A stretch of DNA of 64,000 nt, from the NCBI GenBank assembly GCA_905178155.1, contig CAJINV010000002.1, positions 3,114,515 through 3,178,514 on the forward strand, in the 5' to 3' direction. The position numbers and the translations under genes were made by a program. Every line of letters starts with the position of its first letter. Within the stretch, counting starts at the first letter, position 1. This document shows, piece after piece, positions 46,278 through 59,603 of this stretch. Below the pieces are notes generated by a model. That model made no database searches and was not told where the DNA came from. It worked only from the letters and a program-made list of their open reading frames with translations. The stretch comes from Amoebophrya sp. A120. Taxonomy: Eukaryota > Protista > Dinoflagellata.

Positions 46278-47870
46278 ATGGCTCCGCTCCACTCGTCCGT
46301 TCGTTCTGTTTTGTGCCTCTACTTACTCCAGTTGCTGGAAACGGCGATCCCAGTTCACACAGCCGCTGCGGGTCCAACCTACTTCAATATTGGAGACGAT
46401 GAACAGGGGCCACCGTGGCGAGGAATTAGTGCGCGATGTGCTGCGACCCCGAGCACTTCTTCTGCGCAGGAACTGACTTGTCCCAGCAATAACAACATTC
46501 CCATTCTCTCTACGACCGGTACTAGCCCTAGCAGTCTCTCGCCTAAGACGGTCTGCGGTAGTGCTAGCAGCGCCAGCAGCCCGAGGACCGCAACCCATGC
46601 GAGACCACGGGGAGGTGGCCGTACTAGAAATGGAGTTTCGACCAACACCGGCGTGGTGCAACACAAGCGACCCCGAGTTCTCGCACTGGTCGGCGGCTTG
46701 GCGACGCTGTCGTACATTCTGAGCGGGGGAAAGACGAGCGGCTCTTCGTACGGCGGAGTGAATACAGGAGTCGGCAGCTCTTGTCATCCCGCGTGCTCCT
46801 CGGTGTTTGCAGACGCATCTTCTTCACGCGATGGTGGTGTCGCACAACTTCCAAGAACCTCTGACGACAGTGAAACAACAGCTTTCCTGGATCTAGAAAA
46901 AGCGAATCGGTTCAAAGACGAAAAACTGCAGCAGGCCAGGAAGCTGTTCGCGAAATTGAAACAGGATGAACAGCAGTTACAGCAGTCTGAAACGGCAATC
47001 GAAGTGGAAAAAATCGCAGAGAAATCGATCGAGGAACTAGAAAAATTTGCGGAAAAAGCGGAGAGAGAAATCACTTCCGAATACCAAGACAACGTCAAAC
47101 CCTTTGTCAAAAAGGAAGCAAAAGCCGCCGAGACTTTCCTGCGAAAAGCGAAGCAGTCCGCGTCAGCCTTTTCCACCAATTTCTCCTCCACCTGGACCTG
47201 CCCGGACCCGGTTTCGATCCAAGATCCCAAAGTGAAAGACACGTTTGACATTGAAAAACTACAAGGCACCTACAAAGAACTCTTCCTCCACGACTTCACG
47301 CAGTACCCTGCGTGCGTCAAAGGCCCGTCTTGTGTGCAGTCGGTGAAGTATTTGGACAAAGAAAATCCGTTTCTGTTGCACGACAAGTTCACGCTTGCCT
47401 GTTTCGACAAGCCGTACGCCTCCGACCTGAAGTTCGAACTCAATACCTCTACTCCGGGGATTTTCACGGGAAAATGGAACGCGGTGACGGGGGGCCTGAG
47501 GATTCCGGACACGGTCGTGGCGTTTAAGGAGCAAGAAGAAGACGATGAGAACATGAACAACGAAGGTGAGCAGGATGTCGGTGATAAGGTTAAAGAAACG
47601 AGCACAGTCGTTCTTTCTCGTCCGAAGCTGCAGTACAAGTGGGTGATCGAACTCCAGTGTGTGGATTTGAAACAAGTTTCCTCGCACATCCCCAGCGACT
47701 ACGCTTTTTTCGTCGGAATTAACTTCTACGCGAAGGACGACACGCCGGAAATCCGGGCGGAGATGCTGGCGGCGGCGAAGGAGCGGGGCATTGATGCGTA
47801 CATGTACGGAAAACCGTTTGGGCTGTACGAAGTGCCCCACCCGGATACGTGCTGGTACAATAAGGATTGA
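46278..47870 (+). CDS. Putative secreted or membrane-anchored protein with coiled coil and lipocalin-like C-terminal domain
   Basis: Intronless 530-aa ORF; hydrophobic N-terminus; second hydrophobic segment VLALVGGLATLSYILSG; FDIEKLQGTYKEL resembles the lipocalin SCR1 motif (with Y for W); several Cys. Confidence 0.65.
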   Translation: MAPLHSSVRSVLCLYLLQLLETAIPVHTAAAGPTYFNIGDDEQGPPWRGISARCAATPSTSSAQELTCPSNNNIPILSTTGTSPSSLSPKTVCGSASSASSPRTATHARPRGGGRTRNGVSTNTGVVQHKRPRVLALVGGLATLSYILSGGKTSGSSYGGVNTGVGSSCHPACSSVFADASSSRDGGVAQLPRTSDDSETTAFLDLEKANRFKDEKLQQARKLFAKLKQDEQQLQQSETAIEVEKIAEKSIEELEKFAEKAEREITSEYQDNVKPFVKKEAKAAETFLRKAKQSASAFSTNFSSTWTCPDPVSIQDPKVKDTFDIEKLQGTYKELFLHDFTQYPACVKGPSCVQSVKYLDKENPFLLHDKFTLACFDKPYASDLKFELNTSTPGIFTGKWNAVTGGLRIPDTVVAFKEQEEDDENMNNEGEQDVGDKVKETSTVVLSRPKLQYKWVIELQCVDLKQVSSHIPSDYAFFVGINFYAKDDTPEIRAEMLAAAKERGIDAYMYGKPFGLYEVPHPDTCWYNKD

Positions 47871-49093
47871 GCTCATGATGAAGATCTTCAACTCGTCGGA
47901 CAGAGAAAGGCGAGGGAACTGCAGCTGCTTCTAGTGGGATGATGAACTAGAACTAGCAGAGGCCTACTTGCTGTGCTGGTTCTGGCGGGAAGGCATGATA
48001 AAGTTTTGGTGATGAGCCGAGTGTAATGAAAAACGTTGCGACTGTTACTGCTCTCGTGTACAAAAAGCGTGGTTGGTGTAACATAGATATGCTCAACGGC
48101 TCTGACAATGGTGCGAAATCCACACGATAAGCGTTTCCGTTTCTGTTTGCTAAAAAAGAATACAGGCTACTTCCCGTAGTAAGTAGTACACTTGTATTTA
48201 TATTGCGTTTGAGAAAAAAATGAAACTCCAGTCAAGAACATGAGAACATGACACGACGTTGACGTCGTCCAAATTTTGCTCATCTTCATGAGGCCACCGC
48301 CAGGAGATTGTAATAAAGAGATATCGATGACGACGTCATGAAGACAGTAAGTCGTGACACGGCTGTTGAATTTCTCTTGCGTCCAACGACGATGAAGATC
48401 TTCTTTATTCGCCCCAGAGATTCCATTGATGCACCGCAGACACTGCAGTCGCGAGAAGATCCCCGAAGACGATCCACGACCGTGACGACCGTTTTAACGC
48501 GTTGCATAGAGTAGTTTTTCAAGTTTTGGTGCATCGAACAGTATTACAGCAAAGAGGTCTTGTGCTGAGTGACCGCCTCCTGGTCGTTTTGCCTCGGGGT
48601 TACCTTTTTCTCATGGTACGAGACATCAGTTACAGCTACAGGCCGAAGTACCAAAAGGGTACTAAGCAGGTAGAAAAAAGATCTCCCGTGACTTCTAAGA
48701 CTATTATTTTTTTTCAACGTCAAATAACGATAAACGGTAATGAAAAACAAGCACTCGGCGTACAAAATTCGTTTTTTGTCCTGATAAATATGTACTCGGC
48801 AGCATTGTAAGATCATTTTTCCTTCAAGTTCAACATGAAGATTCCGACGGGCGCTTGAAAAGAAAACGACAAGACGTAGCGATACCAGGTTTCTACTGGC
48901 AGTAGCAAGACAAGAATCTGAATCATTTATCACGTTGTCGTCAACGTAAGTATGCAGTTACAACAAGTGTAGTGCAAGTCCAAGTGAAAAATCGTGAAAA
49001 AGATCTTTTTTTTCGTTCTACAAGCCGGTGTCGGTTTGTCTTTCTCGTTGTCCCATTTACAAGAAAATACATAAGACCGTTCCTTTCATCAAA

Positions 49094-52000
49094 ATGTTGG
49101 GTTTCCAAGGGGGAAAGACGTCGCCGCATGTACTCAAAGCAGTCGTAGCTTTGTTCGCGAACTACTTGGCTACGATAGACAACGTGTGCAGCAGCAGCAG
49201 CACTAGTAGAACGAACTACACGACAGCACCAGGCGGATTCTTTTTCCTAGCAGAAGCAGCGCAGGCGAGGGCCTCCTCGTTGCCTGAACGAAGAACTCTC
49301 GGGCCAGCTTTTCATGCTGGCTCGCAGTCTCGCGGAAATGATGAAAATAACAGCAGCTCGTCCACGACCTATGATCCGCGAAATGACCCCCCTTCCCGGC
49401 CGCCCTCGGCACCGCTACTCGGGCCGCGACGAGAGGACACCTTGGACGACATGCCACCCCTCTCTCCATTGGTCGGACCGCATGATGTTGAAGCTGCGGG
49501 CACCAGGACTCCTCCCGAGCAGGAGCCCCAGGGACAACATGATGTTCTTGACCAAGCGGACTTTGATATGTTCAACTCAACTTTTAGAACTACACCTACA
49601 CCCCCGCCTCCGCCGGAAGATGAATTTCACGGTACTTCTAGAGATACCCTCGGTCCGCTGCCGTCACGAAGAGGTGGAACCCCACTCGACTTCTTCGCAC
49701 TCGGCGCAGAGGCCGTGGGGGCGCGGAATCGCACCGGGTCCTCTCCGCTCGTGTCCTCGGACGAGGACTTTGAGGGTCACCCCATGGAGCCGCAAGTCAC
49801 GCGCATGCTAGCGCCGATTCCGCGGAGACCGAGCTCTACCGCGGGGGGCTCGGGCTCGTTTTTAGATGATTTTGAGCCTGTTGATGTTGACCGGGGCGGC
49901 AACGAGGATCTTCGTGTTCGGGCGGGAGAGGAAGAAATTTATGGACCGCGCGACAGAGTGGGAAGTATAGGCAGTGCTAACGCGATGAATCCTTCTACGA
50001 ATTCCTCGCTCTTTCAGGAGCAGCTGCAAGAGGACCATGATTTCCAGCTGAGTGAAGCGGCAGTTGACGCCGATCATCCGGACTTTCAGAACAAGCAGAA
50101 CAGTACAACTGTTTCAACTGGTGCAGCTGCCCCGGAAGACGTGCATCAGCGTCTTGATTCCGACGATTTCAAAAGTACCTGGCCCAGCAAGGGCGACTCT
50201 GCATCGGCGAAAGGGAAGATGCATCCAGGCGTACTATCCAACAAGAGCGCTATTGCTGGAGCGGAAGATGATCTCCAATTGCAGAAACACGCTCCCGTCC
50301 CCCTTTCCCCAGACGATTTGCAACGCATGCAGCAAGATCAATTGACAACGCCGTTGTCAAGGTGCAACACCACAACGCCCGGAGCGATGTCGGACGGCCC
50401 ATTGTTCAGTTACTTCGCCGGAGGTGGGGGCGGAAGCGGCGGTAGATATGGGGAAGATCCGCAGTACTTGCAACACGAACACGACGAAGAATCCGATGAC
50501 GAATGCTGGGGTCGCGGAACCTCGTCTTCGCTGCTAGAGGACCAAGAACGCGCATCGTACACAGCGAGTCGGCCCTCCACGCCGGGGTTAGACCACCTGG
50601 CGAATCAACATGCTCAACTCCGACAAATTGCTGTTGACCAGTTAAACCGCCGCGGCTCACCGACCATTCCCGAAGACGGGGAGCATCATTTTGAGGATCA
50701 TGACCATCAAGATCAAGAATCTTCACACTCCGTGGCGGACCTTCAAGACCTGAAAGATTTTGACCAAAAGCCGGCAATCGACGCGTTCCTCGCAGAAAGT
50801 GACTTGTTTCCGAAAGATTTACTGAGGCACGATTCTCCCTCGATCCCCGAGGGGAGCGAGGAAGATGAAGCAGAGGCGGAAATCCAAGCACGGGCGTTGA
50901 TGACGCAGCGGGCAAAGGACGCGGGGTGGCAGGATAACAATATCGAAATCTGGAAGAGTGGGGTTATGGAATTCCGGGGCACGCCGAAAGTACCAGAGCA
51001 TGTTGGTGTTGTTTCTCAAGAACAGCCAGCTGGTGAGAACGAGAAGACGTCTCACGCTAATACTGTCGCGCCGGCAGTACATGTACAACATCTTCAAGCT
51101 GCGTCTTCTTCATCTAGTAGCTCTGCTGCAGCGGGGGCTCTTCAATCGACCATCCCGTTGGTGCTTGCCACCGAGCCGACGTCCCCACCTACTGCTCGTC
51201 CGGGTACTACGACTTCTAGTGCCTCGCCGATTCGGAAGCAATTACTAGAAAACGGGGATTTGCGAGTCAATACCGGACCTCACAACCTGCACATGGCATC
51301 CGACGAGGACGAAACTTCGCCCGAGCGGCTAGACCAAACTTTATACGACATAAAGCACCACTCTCCAAAACAGGCAGAGAAAGTGCAAATCCCCTGGCGC
51401 CCGAGCCTGTTTCCGCGCCCGAAGATGGGACAGGGAAGAAGTGAGCCGTCTTCCCCTCTGGTTTCTCCTTCCGATGAGGATGAGTCGCTGGATCGTGGGA
51501 GGAAAAGAGGTCGAGGGCCAGCTCCACCATCTTCCTCGGGTAGCGCTTCTGCTTCACCTGTTTCTGGTAGTCGGACTTTTGGAAGCCAGAAACAAGAATC
51601 GCATCGAGATTTTCTCGCCTGGGCCTCGGAGCGACAGAAACAGCACTCGGAGAACAAGACCTTACAACGGGGCCGGGAGGTGCATGCCACGGGGAATGAT
51701 ACGACAGCGAACGAGGAGCAAAGCCGGGCATCAGTGGAGAGAGATGTTTCATCTCCGCAAGCAGAGCACCATACCGGTGGACGAAGCCGTGCTGCTTCTG
51801 TTAGTTCTAGCCCAGTTCCCGGTGACCCAGAAACAAAACATTCCGGAACTACCGTCGATTGGCGGAATTTATCCGCATTGCACATCGACGCCTCGCCCGA
51901 CCCAGATCACCAGGCGCAGAGGGAGAAGGTCCTGAGAAGCCTCTTCGGCCCGCCAGGGAAAGCAACGCCACTGGGAGGTGGTCCTGCGCCGGGCAACAGC

Positions 52001-55000
52001 AGCCGAAACGTGTCCAGAACCAGTTCGGGGTCTTCGTTGTTCTCTTTCCCAGCAGAGAAGGGCCGGTCGCAATCTGTGTCTTTACCTTCCACGACGACCG
52101 GCGGGTTGTACTACGACCATTATCAAGTGCAAATATGTCTGGGTCTGGAATGTCATGCACATTTTGCATGACTCCTGATGTCTGTGATGCATGCCCTAGC
52201 ATTACAAATTTTGTGAGGGCTTCCTGATGCCTATATCGCATGAGAAATGCCCTCTCGCCCTGGCAAAAACTGGACCTCCTTTGCTGTTCATGCAATACAC
52301 ATTTTTGTAGAATTCAGACACAGCATCACAAGTTGCATCCTTCCAGACCCAGACATATTTGCAATGCATAACCATCATGAAGCTAGTCAACAAGGGCTGT
52401 CAGGACCGGCAGGTGTAGTAGTTTCATCCAGTCGCCAGAACAAGGTCGTGAAACGAGGAGACCAGCAACGGTTGACGGAGCTGCGGAGACAAATGTCGCA
52501 CCAGACGAAACAAGCGAAAACGTCTGTGGAGGAAGCGGGGAAGGCGAGTTCATCTACTTCTTCGCAGAAGAAAACATATGCGGAGGCTTTGAACAATGCT
52601 ACTGCGAGTAGTGCTGGTGCTGCTGCTAGTGGCACGACACATGCAACTGTTACAGAGCAGGATGATGTTGTTGTTTCACCTGAGCAGGCGAGTTTCCATG
52701 TAGTGCCTGCTGAACACCAAACTTCCGATCCTACCCCGGCAGAGCTACGCACGTTGAGCTTGAGGAAGAGCATCAGCCACACCTCCAGTGGTGCTGCCTT
52801 GTCCAAAAAGAAGAAGACGAAGGAAGATGTTGTGGAGAATGAAGCCACGATGATGGAAGGGCACCAGCAACAAGCTGAAGCCACGACTGGTGCTGACAAA
52901 CTTGTTCCGGCAGGACCAGGAGCCAATCTGAAGAAGTATACAGGAACAACGCCAGATGCTTCACCAGTTTCCGATGCTGCTTCGTCGGAGTTCGAAGTCG
53001 TTGGCGCGTCGGGGGCTTATCATGATCACGAATACAACCAGCAGAAGCGTGGGTATTCTCTCCGCGACAGTGGCGCACTTCTTTCTTCTTCTCCCGGAGG
53101 AGAAGATCCTGGCCGCGCAGCAGCTTCCACCTCTTCTCGAGATGATGGCACAACCACTTCTAAAACACCAAAGAAAGAGCAAGAACACAAGCAGAGCAGC
53201 TCCTACCTCCCGATCCGGAAAGGCACGTCCTCCACCCGGGAATTGTCTATCAACGCCTTGAACCTCCAGTTTGCCCAACACCCGCGGGAAAGACAAGTCG
53301 ATTCGTTGGCTCAGCAAAAAGCGGGCCGTGTGGTCGGTGAATTCAACGCGGCGGAACGAAACCAAGTACATTACAGCCTGGGTGGCGGAGTCGGAAATCG
53401 AAACAGTTACAACCCAACCGGTTTAGGCGGTAGAGAAAGGGATTTTTCTTGGCTTTACGAAGTGGAACGACGCCGGGCCGAAAAGCGGGCCAAGGGGGAG
53501 TTGCCGGGTCGTGAGGTGAAGCCTTTTGCAGCGCACGACGATGCAGGAGCTCCAGTACAATCGCAGCCGCAAGAAGTACCGTTTTCAAGCGGTCGTGCTG
53601 GAGATCATGCTAGTAGTCGTAGCCCTTCCGTTCAACGTGTGCAATTTCCGACAACCGCAGAAAAAGCAGCGAAAAAGATGACGCTGGAAGAACGAGCGCA
53701 CGCACAGAAGAGCTGGAATGTTCGGCACAAAGTTGGCGTTCTAGATGGAGCTGCGTCGAGGACCGCTTCGAGTGCCGCGGGCACGGACACGTCACCTCCA
53801 GAAGATGCTGTAGTTCTTGGTGCAGCAAGAGTTGCTGGAAGCACAGGAGAGGTTGCAGCTTCTGCTTCGAGCAGCGACAAGGCTGCTGGTTCCAGTGGTT
53901 TGGACTTGCAGGACCACCAGTCTTCGTTTCTGCACAGCTTGCGCACTGCCAGTCACGAAGCTTCTGCGGCCTCATTTAACTCGTATAAAACGCACGATGA
54001 ACGAAAAGAAAATGTAGCACGAGAAGCGCATGAAGCCTTTCGCGTTGAGCAGGAAGCCACCTACCGTAAAGACCAGATTTTGTCTGCTGCACGCAATAGT
54101 AGAGCTCCTGCAGCACAGGGTCCTGCTGGCCCATCGCCATCCTCAGAGGACGTGGTGCAACAGCACAAACGACTGGAGCCGAAGAAGGTCATGCTTACCT
54201 CGACTGCTGCGCCTATTCCGCCTAGCGTGATTTCCCAAGAATTGCAGAAGTACCAGCAACAGAAATTGGTTTCGCAGCATTGGAACATGCACTCTGGAAC
54301 TGATGTTGCTGGTCTTGTTGATTCCGGTGCGGGGGCCTCATCATCTACTTCTCGAGCTGCGCAGATTCCGATTCCCGCAGGAGCTGCCCACCAGCTTCCG
54401 TATTACCCCGTCTCGCAGCAGCAGCAGATCTTGCAACCGAATTCAGGGATTGTGAACACCCAGAGTCCGATGCAACGGACTTTCTTTCCTTCGAATTTCA
54501 ATTTGGTAGAACGCGGAGCTCCGCAGATGCCAGCGCACCCTGCAGTAGGAAGGAGAAGTTTTCAAATTCGGTCGGTTTTGATTCCAATACGTGTCTTCTC
54601 GTGAGTAATTTGGTTTTGATCATGCAACATTTGTTTGCATGATAGCTTTGAACGTCATCGATTACAGCGTGTCCTGTTGCGTAGCAGTCACGCGAAGCTG
54701 GATTTCAGTTCGTCAACTGATCATTCTCAACTAAATAGTCATGCAGAGCTCAAAAGGTGAAGCTTCCATCGCTTCAAACCAAACTTGCAAACTAGTAAAG
54801 CACAACAAAATAAACTACACCATTCACAAATTTGAAAACTCCACTTCCATACCTGCAACCTCCCGCAAATAGTCCCACCACTTCCTACTTAACGCCGCCT
54901 TGCCCTCCGCCCCCGTACTTTCCGCCAGTGCTCGAAGACACCCACGGTTATCAACTGCAAATATGTCTGGGTCTGGAAGGATCCAACTTGTGATGCTGTC

Positions 55001-55623
55001 TTTGGATTCTAATGAAAAAATCTGCATTCGTATTGCTTGACCAGCAAGTAGAGGAGTCCAGTTTGCGCTACATGGAGAGGGCATTTCTCATGCGGAATCG
55101 GCATCAGGAAGCCCTATCAAAATCTGCGATGCTAGGGCATGCCTTACAGGCGTCACGGGTCATGCAAAATACGCATGACAAGCCTGGCAATCTTCCAGAC
55201 CCAGACATATTTGCATTCCATAACGGTTTTCCGCATCCAATTCTCGGCAAAAAACAGGTGCCGGGGAACGTCGCGGGAGCGGTGTTTCAAGCGGAGCCGG
55301 ACTTGCTTTGGGAATGGCAGGACGGAGTGTGCGGACAGGTTTTACCGCTTCTTGGGGATACTACTTCTAGTCGAGGCGTGTTGACGAACAATGGCTTGTC
55401 TTGCGTCCCTGTAGTTCCTGCTCCAGCTACAACTCCCGCAGTAGCAGCTCCAACGGGAGGCACAACCGCAAGCTCCTCGTCCTCTAGCAGTACTAAAACT
55501 GCGCTGGCTGCGATGATGCGGCATGCGAATGATCCGATTGGCAGCCGGTTTTGGGAAAGCGCTCGCGGGGCAGAATTGCGTCTGCCGGAAGTTGGTTCAG
55601 GTGCTGCAGGGTCTGGGTTATGA
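49094..55623 (+). CDS. Very large low-complexity hypothetical protein with signal-like N-terminus
   Basis: ORFs 49028..52171 and 52247..54604 join after removing 52121-52375; probable further exons about 54873-54948 and 55228-55610. Later junctions are unresolved. Confidence 0.65.
52121..52370. mobile_element. Introner family A (reverse orientation relative to 73-339)
   Basis: TSD ACCAT. Confidence 0.93.
54949..55222. mobile_element. Introner family A
   Basis: TSD ACGGT. Confidence 0.93.
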
Positions 55624-56092
55624 ACGAAGAAAATAATCAAACAAGATCTTGTGTGGGCTTTGTATGTAGATGTGCGACCACTTCGGAGACGAGAATGCCT
55701 AAATTCCTCTTCGCAGATTGCCGTGCAGAATGATGTTACTCAGCATGGTATGAATGTCATGCGAATTTATGAGCTTCACACCGTCGTGCAAGATGTTACC
55801 CGCCATGGTATCAGGCCCACCACAATTCCATGCGCTTCACACCGTCGCGGAGAATGTTTTGCGCCTTGGTGTCATGTCCACCATGCAAGAAAGCGGCTTC
55901 GTGTGATCAATTCGACAGCACCTCCTAATGGTCGTGCAGAAAATGGTCCTTGGTGCTTTGAAATTAAAATTGTTTGTTTCATAAATTGAAATGTACGAGC
56001 GAAGCAAGAGTGAAATTCCTCCTTCTTGCACTGCCCACACAAGGCTCCACGACTTTCCATTTCCATAACCCAATCTACGCGGAACGGAACAG

Positions 56093-59000
56093 GATGTGGA
56101 TCAGGTCTCCGGCGAAGAAGCATCCTCCGTCGGTGTTGGTACTAGCGGCGGTTCCGTGGCAACAAGCTTGCTGAGAAAAGAAGATACCAAGCCGGGATCA
56201 TCTTCTCGAGGACGCGAGGCTGGACAATTGAAAGTCACAAAGATTTTGCAGCGCAAGCAGGACCAGCACCAGTCGGACCGCGATGCTGTACCGAAATCTA
56301 CCAGCAGCAGCCGGGATCAACACTGGAAACCAGTGAACGTTCGAGATTTGTTTCCCAATCTGGAACAAGACAAACCAGGACTAAGCCACGGGGCCGGTAG
56401 TTCAAGCACAGGCAGAAGAATTGAGGATGCTAGTACTGCAACTGCTCCGCAACAGCCTGCTGCGAGTAGTTCTTCGTCCGCCTGGAAACCAAAACTGCCG
56501 ACAGCAGATCCTATCTCCGCGAGTCCGGCTTTGCCAGTCGGCAAACACATCGACGTCGCAGAGCTGTTTCAAGCGAAAAAGCCGAAGGGAACAAGATCTA
56601 CTCCGGTTGGAGGTGCATCTTCAAAGAAGCCTGCGTGGGAAGCAGAGTCGCCCTTAGGGCGCAACAGCAGGAGGAACAAAGGAGGGAACTTCACTGCAAC
56701 AGCAGTGCACGAGGAAGGAGACGATGAACATTTCCCAGAACAACATTCCGAGCGGACGAGACAGCAAAAAATCAAGAACCGCAAGTTTCCGATCGAAAAC
56801 GAAGGAGTGAATCAAACGGCGAGGCTTGGCGGAAGACCGATTGTATCTGTTCCGAAGCAGGGGCCGGCTCTTGGACGGGCAGGAAAGGCTGGAAGAGCGA
56901 ATGTAGTTCAAAAGAGCAGCTACTACCCAGCACCTGTAGTTGGTGCAAGAGGACGAGCATCTGCATCTGCCGGCAGCGACCGCAACTCAACCTCCACCCC
57001 CGCTGCTTCCCCCCCGCCGGCCGCTCGGGGGGATAAAAACTATTTGGAAGATTTCCCGGCTTTGTTGAAAAAAGACCTGGACGATATGGTCAGGTTTTCC
57101 TCCCCGAGGCCGGGAGTGGGACAAGAAGGGGCCACTTCGGCCTCATCTTCATTGCAAAATGCTGGTCCACCCGGAACGGCAACGGGTACCGCTACTACCG
57201 TACAAGTAGCACGTGAGAACAACACGACTCTACCAATCGTACCTCGCCGCCCCGTCCCAGCTGCCCTATCCGCCTCCGCAGTTTTCTCCTCCCTAAGTGA
57301 GATCGGCCTCCCGCCGGGCTTGGAAATGCTCACCCCCTGCGCACCAAACGTCACCGTTACTTGTGAAGGGGTTTCGGACACGGATCTACTGCCCGCGAGT
57401 AAGAACGGCTTCTTCTCCGCGCTGTCGGGAAATAGCATCGGGTTTATTCAGCAGAGCGATGCTGGAGATTCTCCTTTTGCGGAAGGTGAAGCGGTACTAG
57501 GAGCCGAACAGCCCCAGCCTCAATCGCAAGTCCAGCATCACAACATCGGCACCCCTCTTGGAGGTACTAGCCAACAATCCGGAGCTTCGTCGGCCGAATC
57601 CTCCTCCTCGAATGCTGTTTCCCCCGTCACAGCCAATTCCTCTACCAAGGCCGTTGCCGAACCGATTTTGCCACTGTCTGATCCGAGCTCACCTGCAAAC
57701 GTCGCTCCGACCGAGCAGTTGGTGGAGCAGGACAACATGGTCTTGGTCAACACGGAATCGACTGCTGCCGCCTCTGCCCGACCTCCTGCGCCTCCAGTTC
57801 TCCCGGAATCATCCCGCCCCGACGCCAGCATGCGGGTTCCTCCCGTTCGACCACTGTATTACCACGTGGGCAGGGATGGGCAGCAATTCACCAGTGTGGA
57901 TCGTTTCGCAAACGAGGCCGCGGGAGTTGTGCCACCTTCTCAGATCATGCCGACGACCTACACCGGCGAAGCTGCCGCGTCTGGAATTGCGATGTCGCAG
58001 CAGCAGCTGCTGCAACCACAGCAGCAAGAGCAGCAGCCTTTCTACCCGGTGATCCCACCGGCGCCAGGTGCAGGTGCGTCGAACAATTTTCTTGAGATGA
58101 ACCCAGCTTATGCCATGGGCTTGCTAGTAGGCGATCCCGCGACGCCGTATGCGGGCACAGTAGATCCGAATTCGTACACAGTTCACGACCCATCCGGGCA
58201 CCTGCAGTACTCGTCTCCGGACAACTACGGTGCACAGCAAGCGGCATTGCAGCAAGAAGCTGCTTATGCGCACCGTCAGCAACAGGTTGTGGCCGCGCAG
58301 CAACAGCGCCACAACCAGCTTTTGCAGCAATTGCAGCACCAGGAAGTATTTGTCCCCGGAGCGGGTCAACATCAAAGCCAGCAGTTACCAAACCCAGAAT
58401 TCGTTCATCAAACAATTCAACACATGCTGCAGCAAAACCAGCCACTCCCCCCCTACATCTCCAGTATGAGGGAATTTGGCTCTGGGCAGGTTCACCACGT
58501 CAGTGAAGGGAGGGAATTCCGGTGTGTGACGAATTACAACAGCTATGGGGACGCGGGTGACCGGGCTTTTCAGACTACATCCATAAGTCAAGACGGTTCT
58601 GGGCAGCCGGTCCGGACCACGCACTATTTCCACACAGATCCGAATAGTGGGCGCTGCTTTCACTATACCACGAACGTTCCGATGGGGGCTGTGGTGGGAA
58701 ACGGGGAAGGTTTTGGGCATGACTTTGCGTCGAACGCAGCAGCTTTCAATGCTGATCCCAATGGTCCGGTAGGAATTGTTTCCGCTACCGTTTCTACTGG
58801 CGGCGGTGCAAATTTCTTTGCCGGCCAACAGCCGCAATTTATTCCACCGGCTGCTCGCTCTTGGTCCTCTCGTGCGGGCAGGGGCGGCCGTGGAGGTGGA
58901 GGTGCTACCGGTAGTCAACTACAACACGGCCGGGGACGAAATGCAAATGGTAATGGTCGCGGGCGCGGGCGGAATGTATTAACTGCAAGTTGGGCTGCTG

Positions 59001-59155
59001 CTCCTCGACCAGTTCTTTCGGAAGCGAGTGCAGCTGGTGCTGCAACGCTGGGCGCTGATGTTTCCTCTGTGCCTCCTCCACCCGTCCGGGATGTTATTGC
59101 TGGACCTCCGGAGATTCCGATGGCAGAGCAAGCACCACCACTGGAGCTATCTTAA
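56093..59155 (+). CDS. Long terminal exon, S/A/P/Q-rich with RGG tail; probably continues the preceding gene
   Basis: 1019-aa ORF with no ATG at its start, preceded by aacag (acceptor-like) and an in-frame stop at 56066. Confidence 0.65.
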   Translation, partial: DVDQVSGEEASSVGVGTSGGSVATSLLRKEDTKPGSSSRGREAGQLKVTKILQRKQDQHQSDRDAVPKSTSSSRDQHWKPVNVRDLFPNLEQDKPGLSHGAGSSSTGRRIEDASTATAPQQPAASSSSSAWKPKLPTADPISASPALPVGKHIDVAELFQAKKPKGTRSTPVGGASSKKPAWEAESPLGRNSRRNKGGNFTATAVHEEGDDEHFPEQHSERTRQQKIKNRKFPIENEGVNQTARLGGRPIVSVPKQGPALGRAGKAGRANVVQKSSYYPAPVVGARGRASASAGSDRNSTSTPAASPPPAARGDKNYLEDFPALLKKDLDDMVRFSSPRPGVGQEGATSASSSLQNAGPPGTATGTATTVQVARENNTTLPIVPRRPVPAALSASAVFSSLSEIGLPPGLEMLTPCAPNVTVTCEGVSDTDLLPASKNGFFSALSGNSIGFIQQSDAGDSPFAEGEAVLGAEQPQPQSQVQHHNIGTPLGGTSQQSGASSAESSSSNAVSPVTANSSTKAVAEPILPLSDPSSPANVAPTEQLVEQDNMVLVNTESTAAASARPPAPPVLPESSRPDASMRVPPVRPLYYHVGRDGQQFTSVDRFANEAAGVVPPSQIMPTTYTGEAAASGIAMSQQQLLQPQQQEQQPFYPVIPPAPGAGASNNFLEMNPAYAMGLLVGDPATPYAGTVDPNSYTVHDPSGHLQYSSPDNYGAQQAALQQEAAYAHRQQQVVAAQQQRHNQLLQQLQHQEVFVPGAGQHQSQQLPNPEFVHQTIQHMLQQNQPLPPYISSMREFGSGQVHHVSEGREFRCVTNYNSYGDAGDRAFQTTSISQDGSGQPVRTTHYFHTDPNSGRCFHYTTNVPMGAVVGNGEGFGHDFASNAAAFNADPNGPVGIVSATVSTGGGANFFAGQQPQFIPPAARSWSSRAGRGGRGGGGATGSQLQHGRGRNANGNGRGRGRNVLTASWAAAPRPVLSEASAAGAATLGADVSSVPPPPVRDVIAGPPEIPMAEQAPPLELS

Positions 59156-59603
59156 CAGAGCTCCTCAGTGGCTACTTCAGATGTGGTTAAAGTCAAGAAC
59201 CTACGGTCTAAAGTGACCGCTGTAGACATTAACTTATCGAAACATAAATCAAAAGCTCGTACATCTCATGCATCCATAGCGTTCGAAAAAAATGAAAATC
59301 GTCAGAGGCTAAAAGACCTCCTTATGCTAAAGAAAGAATAGAGTCAGTTTCATGCTGTAGAAAAGAACTTCACTTCTAAAGAAATCCGGCACTTGCATAC
59401 GAAAAACTTCTTCAGATGTCTAGACATTCAAGGACAAGCTAAAAAGTAAAGATTAACCACGAAAGATGAACCATGATTAGGAGATACACGTATAAAGCCA
59501 CGAATAGGTGGGAAAGAGGATGATGTACTTACCACAAAACGAAATTAATACATAAATGATAGACAAATCCAAAAAAAAGTTCAGCAAGTAGGAGGAGGTC
59601 TAC

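Noticed and set aside
73-55222. Recurring short ORFs such as CKNVWVWK, SNAKMSGSG, FQTQTFLH, LPDPDIFA, YPVQKYRTR as a repeated protein family
   Set aside because: They are translations of the introner TIRs in different frames.
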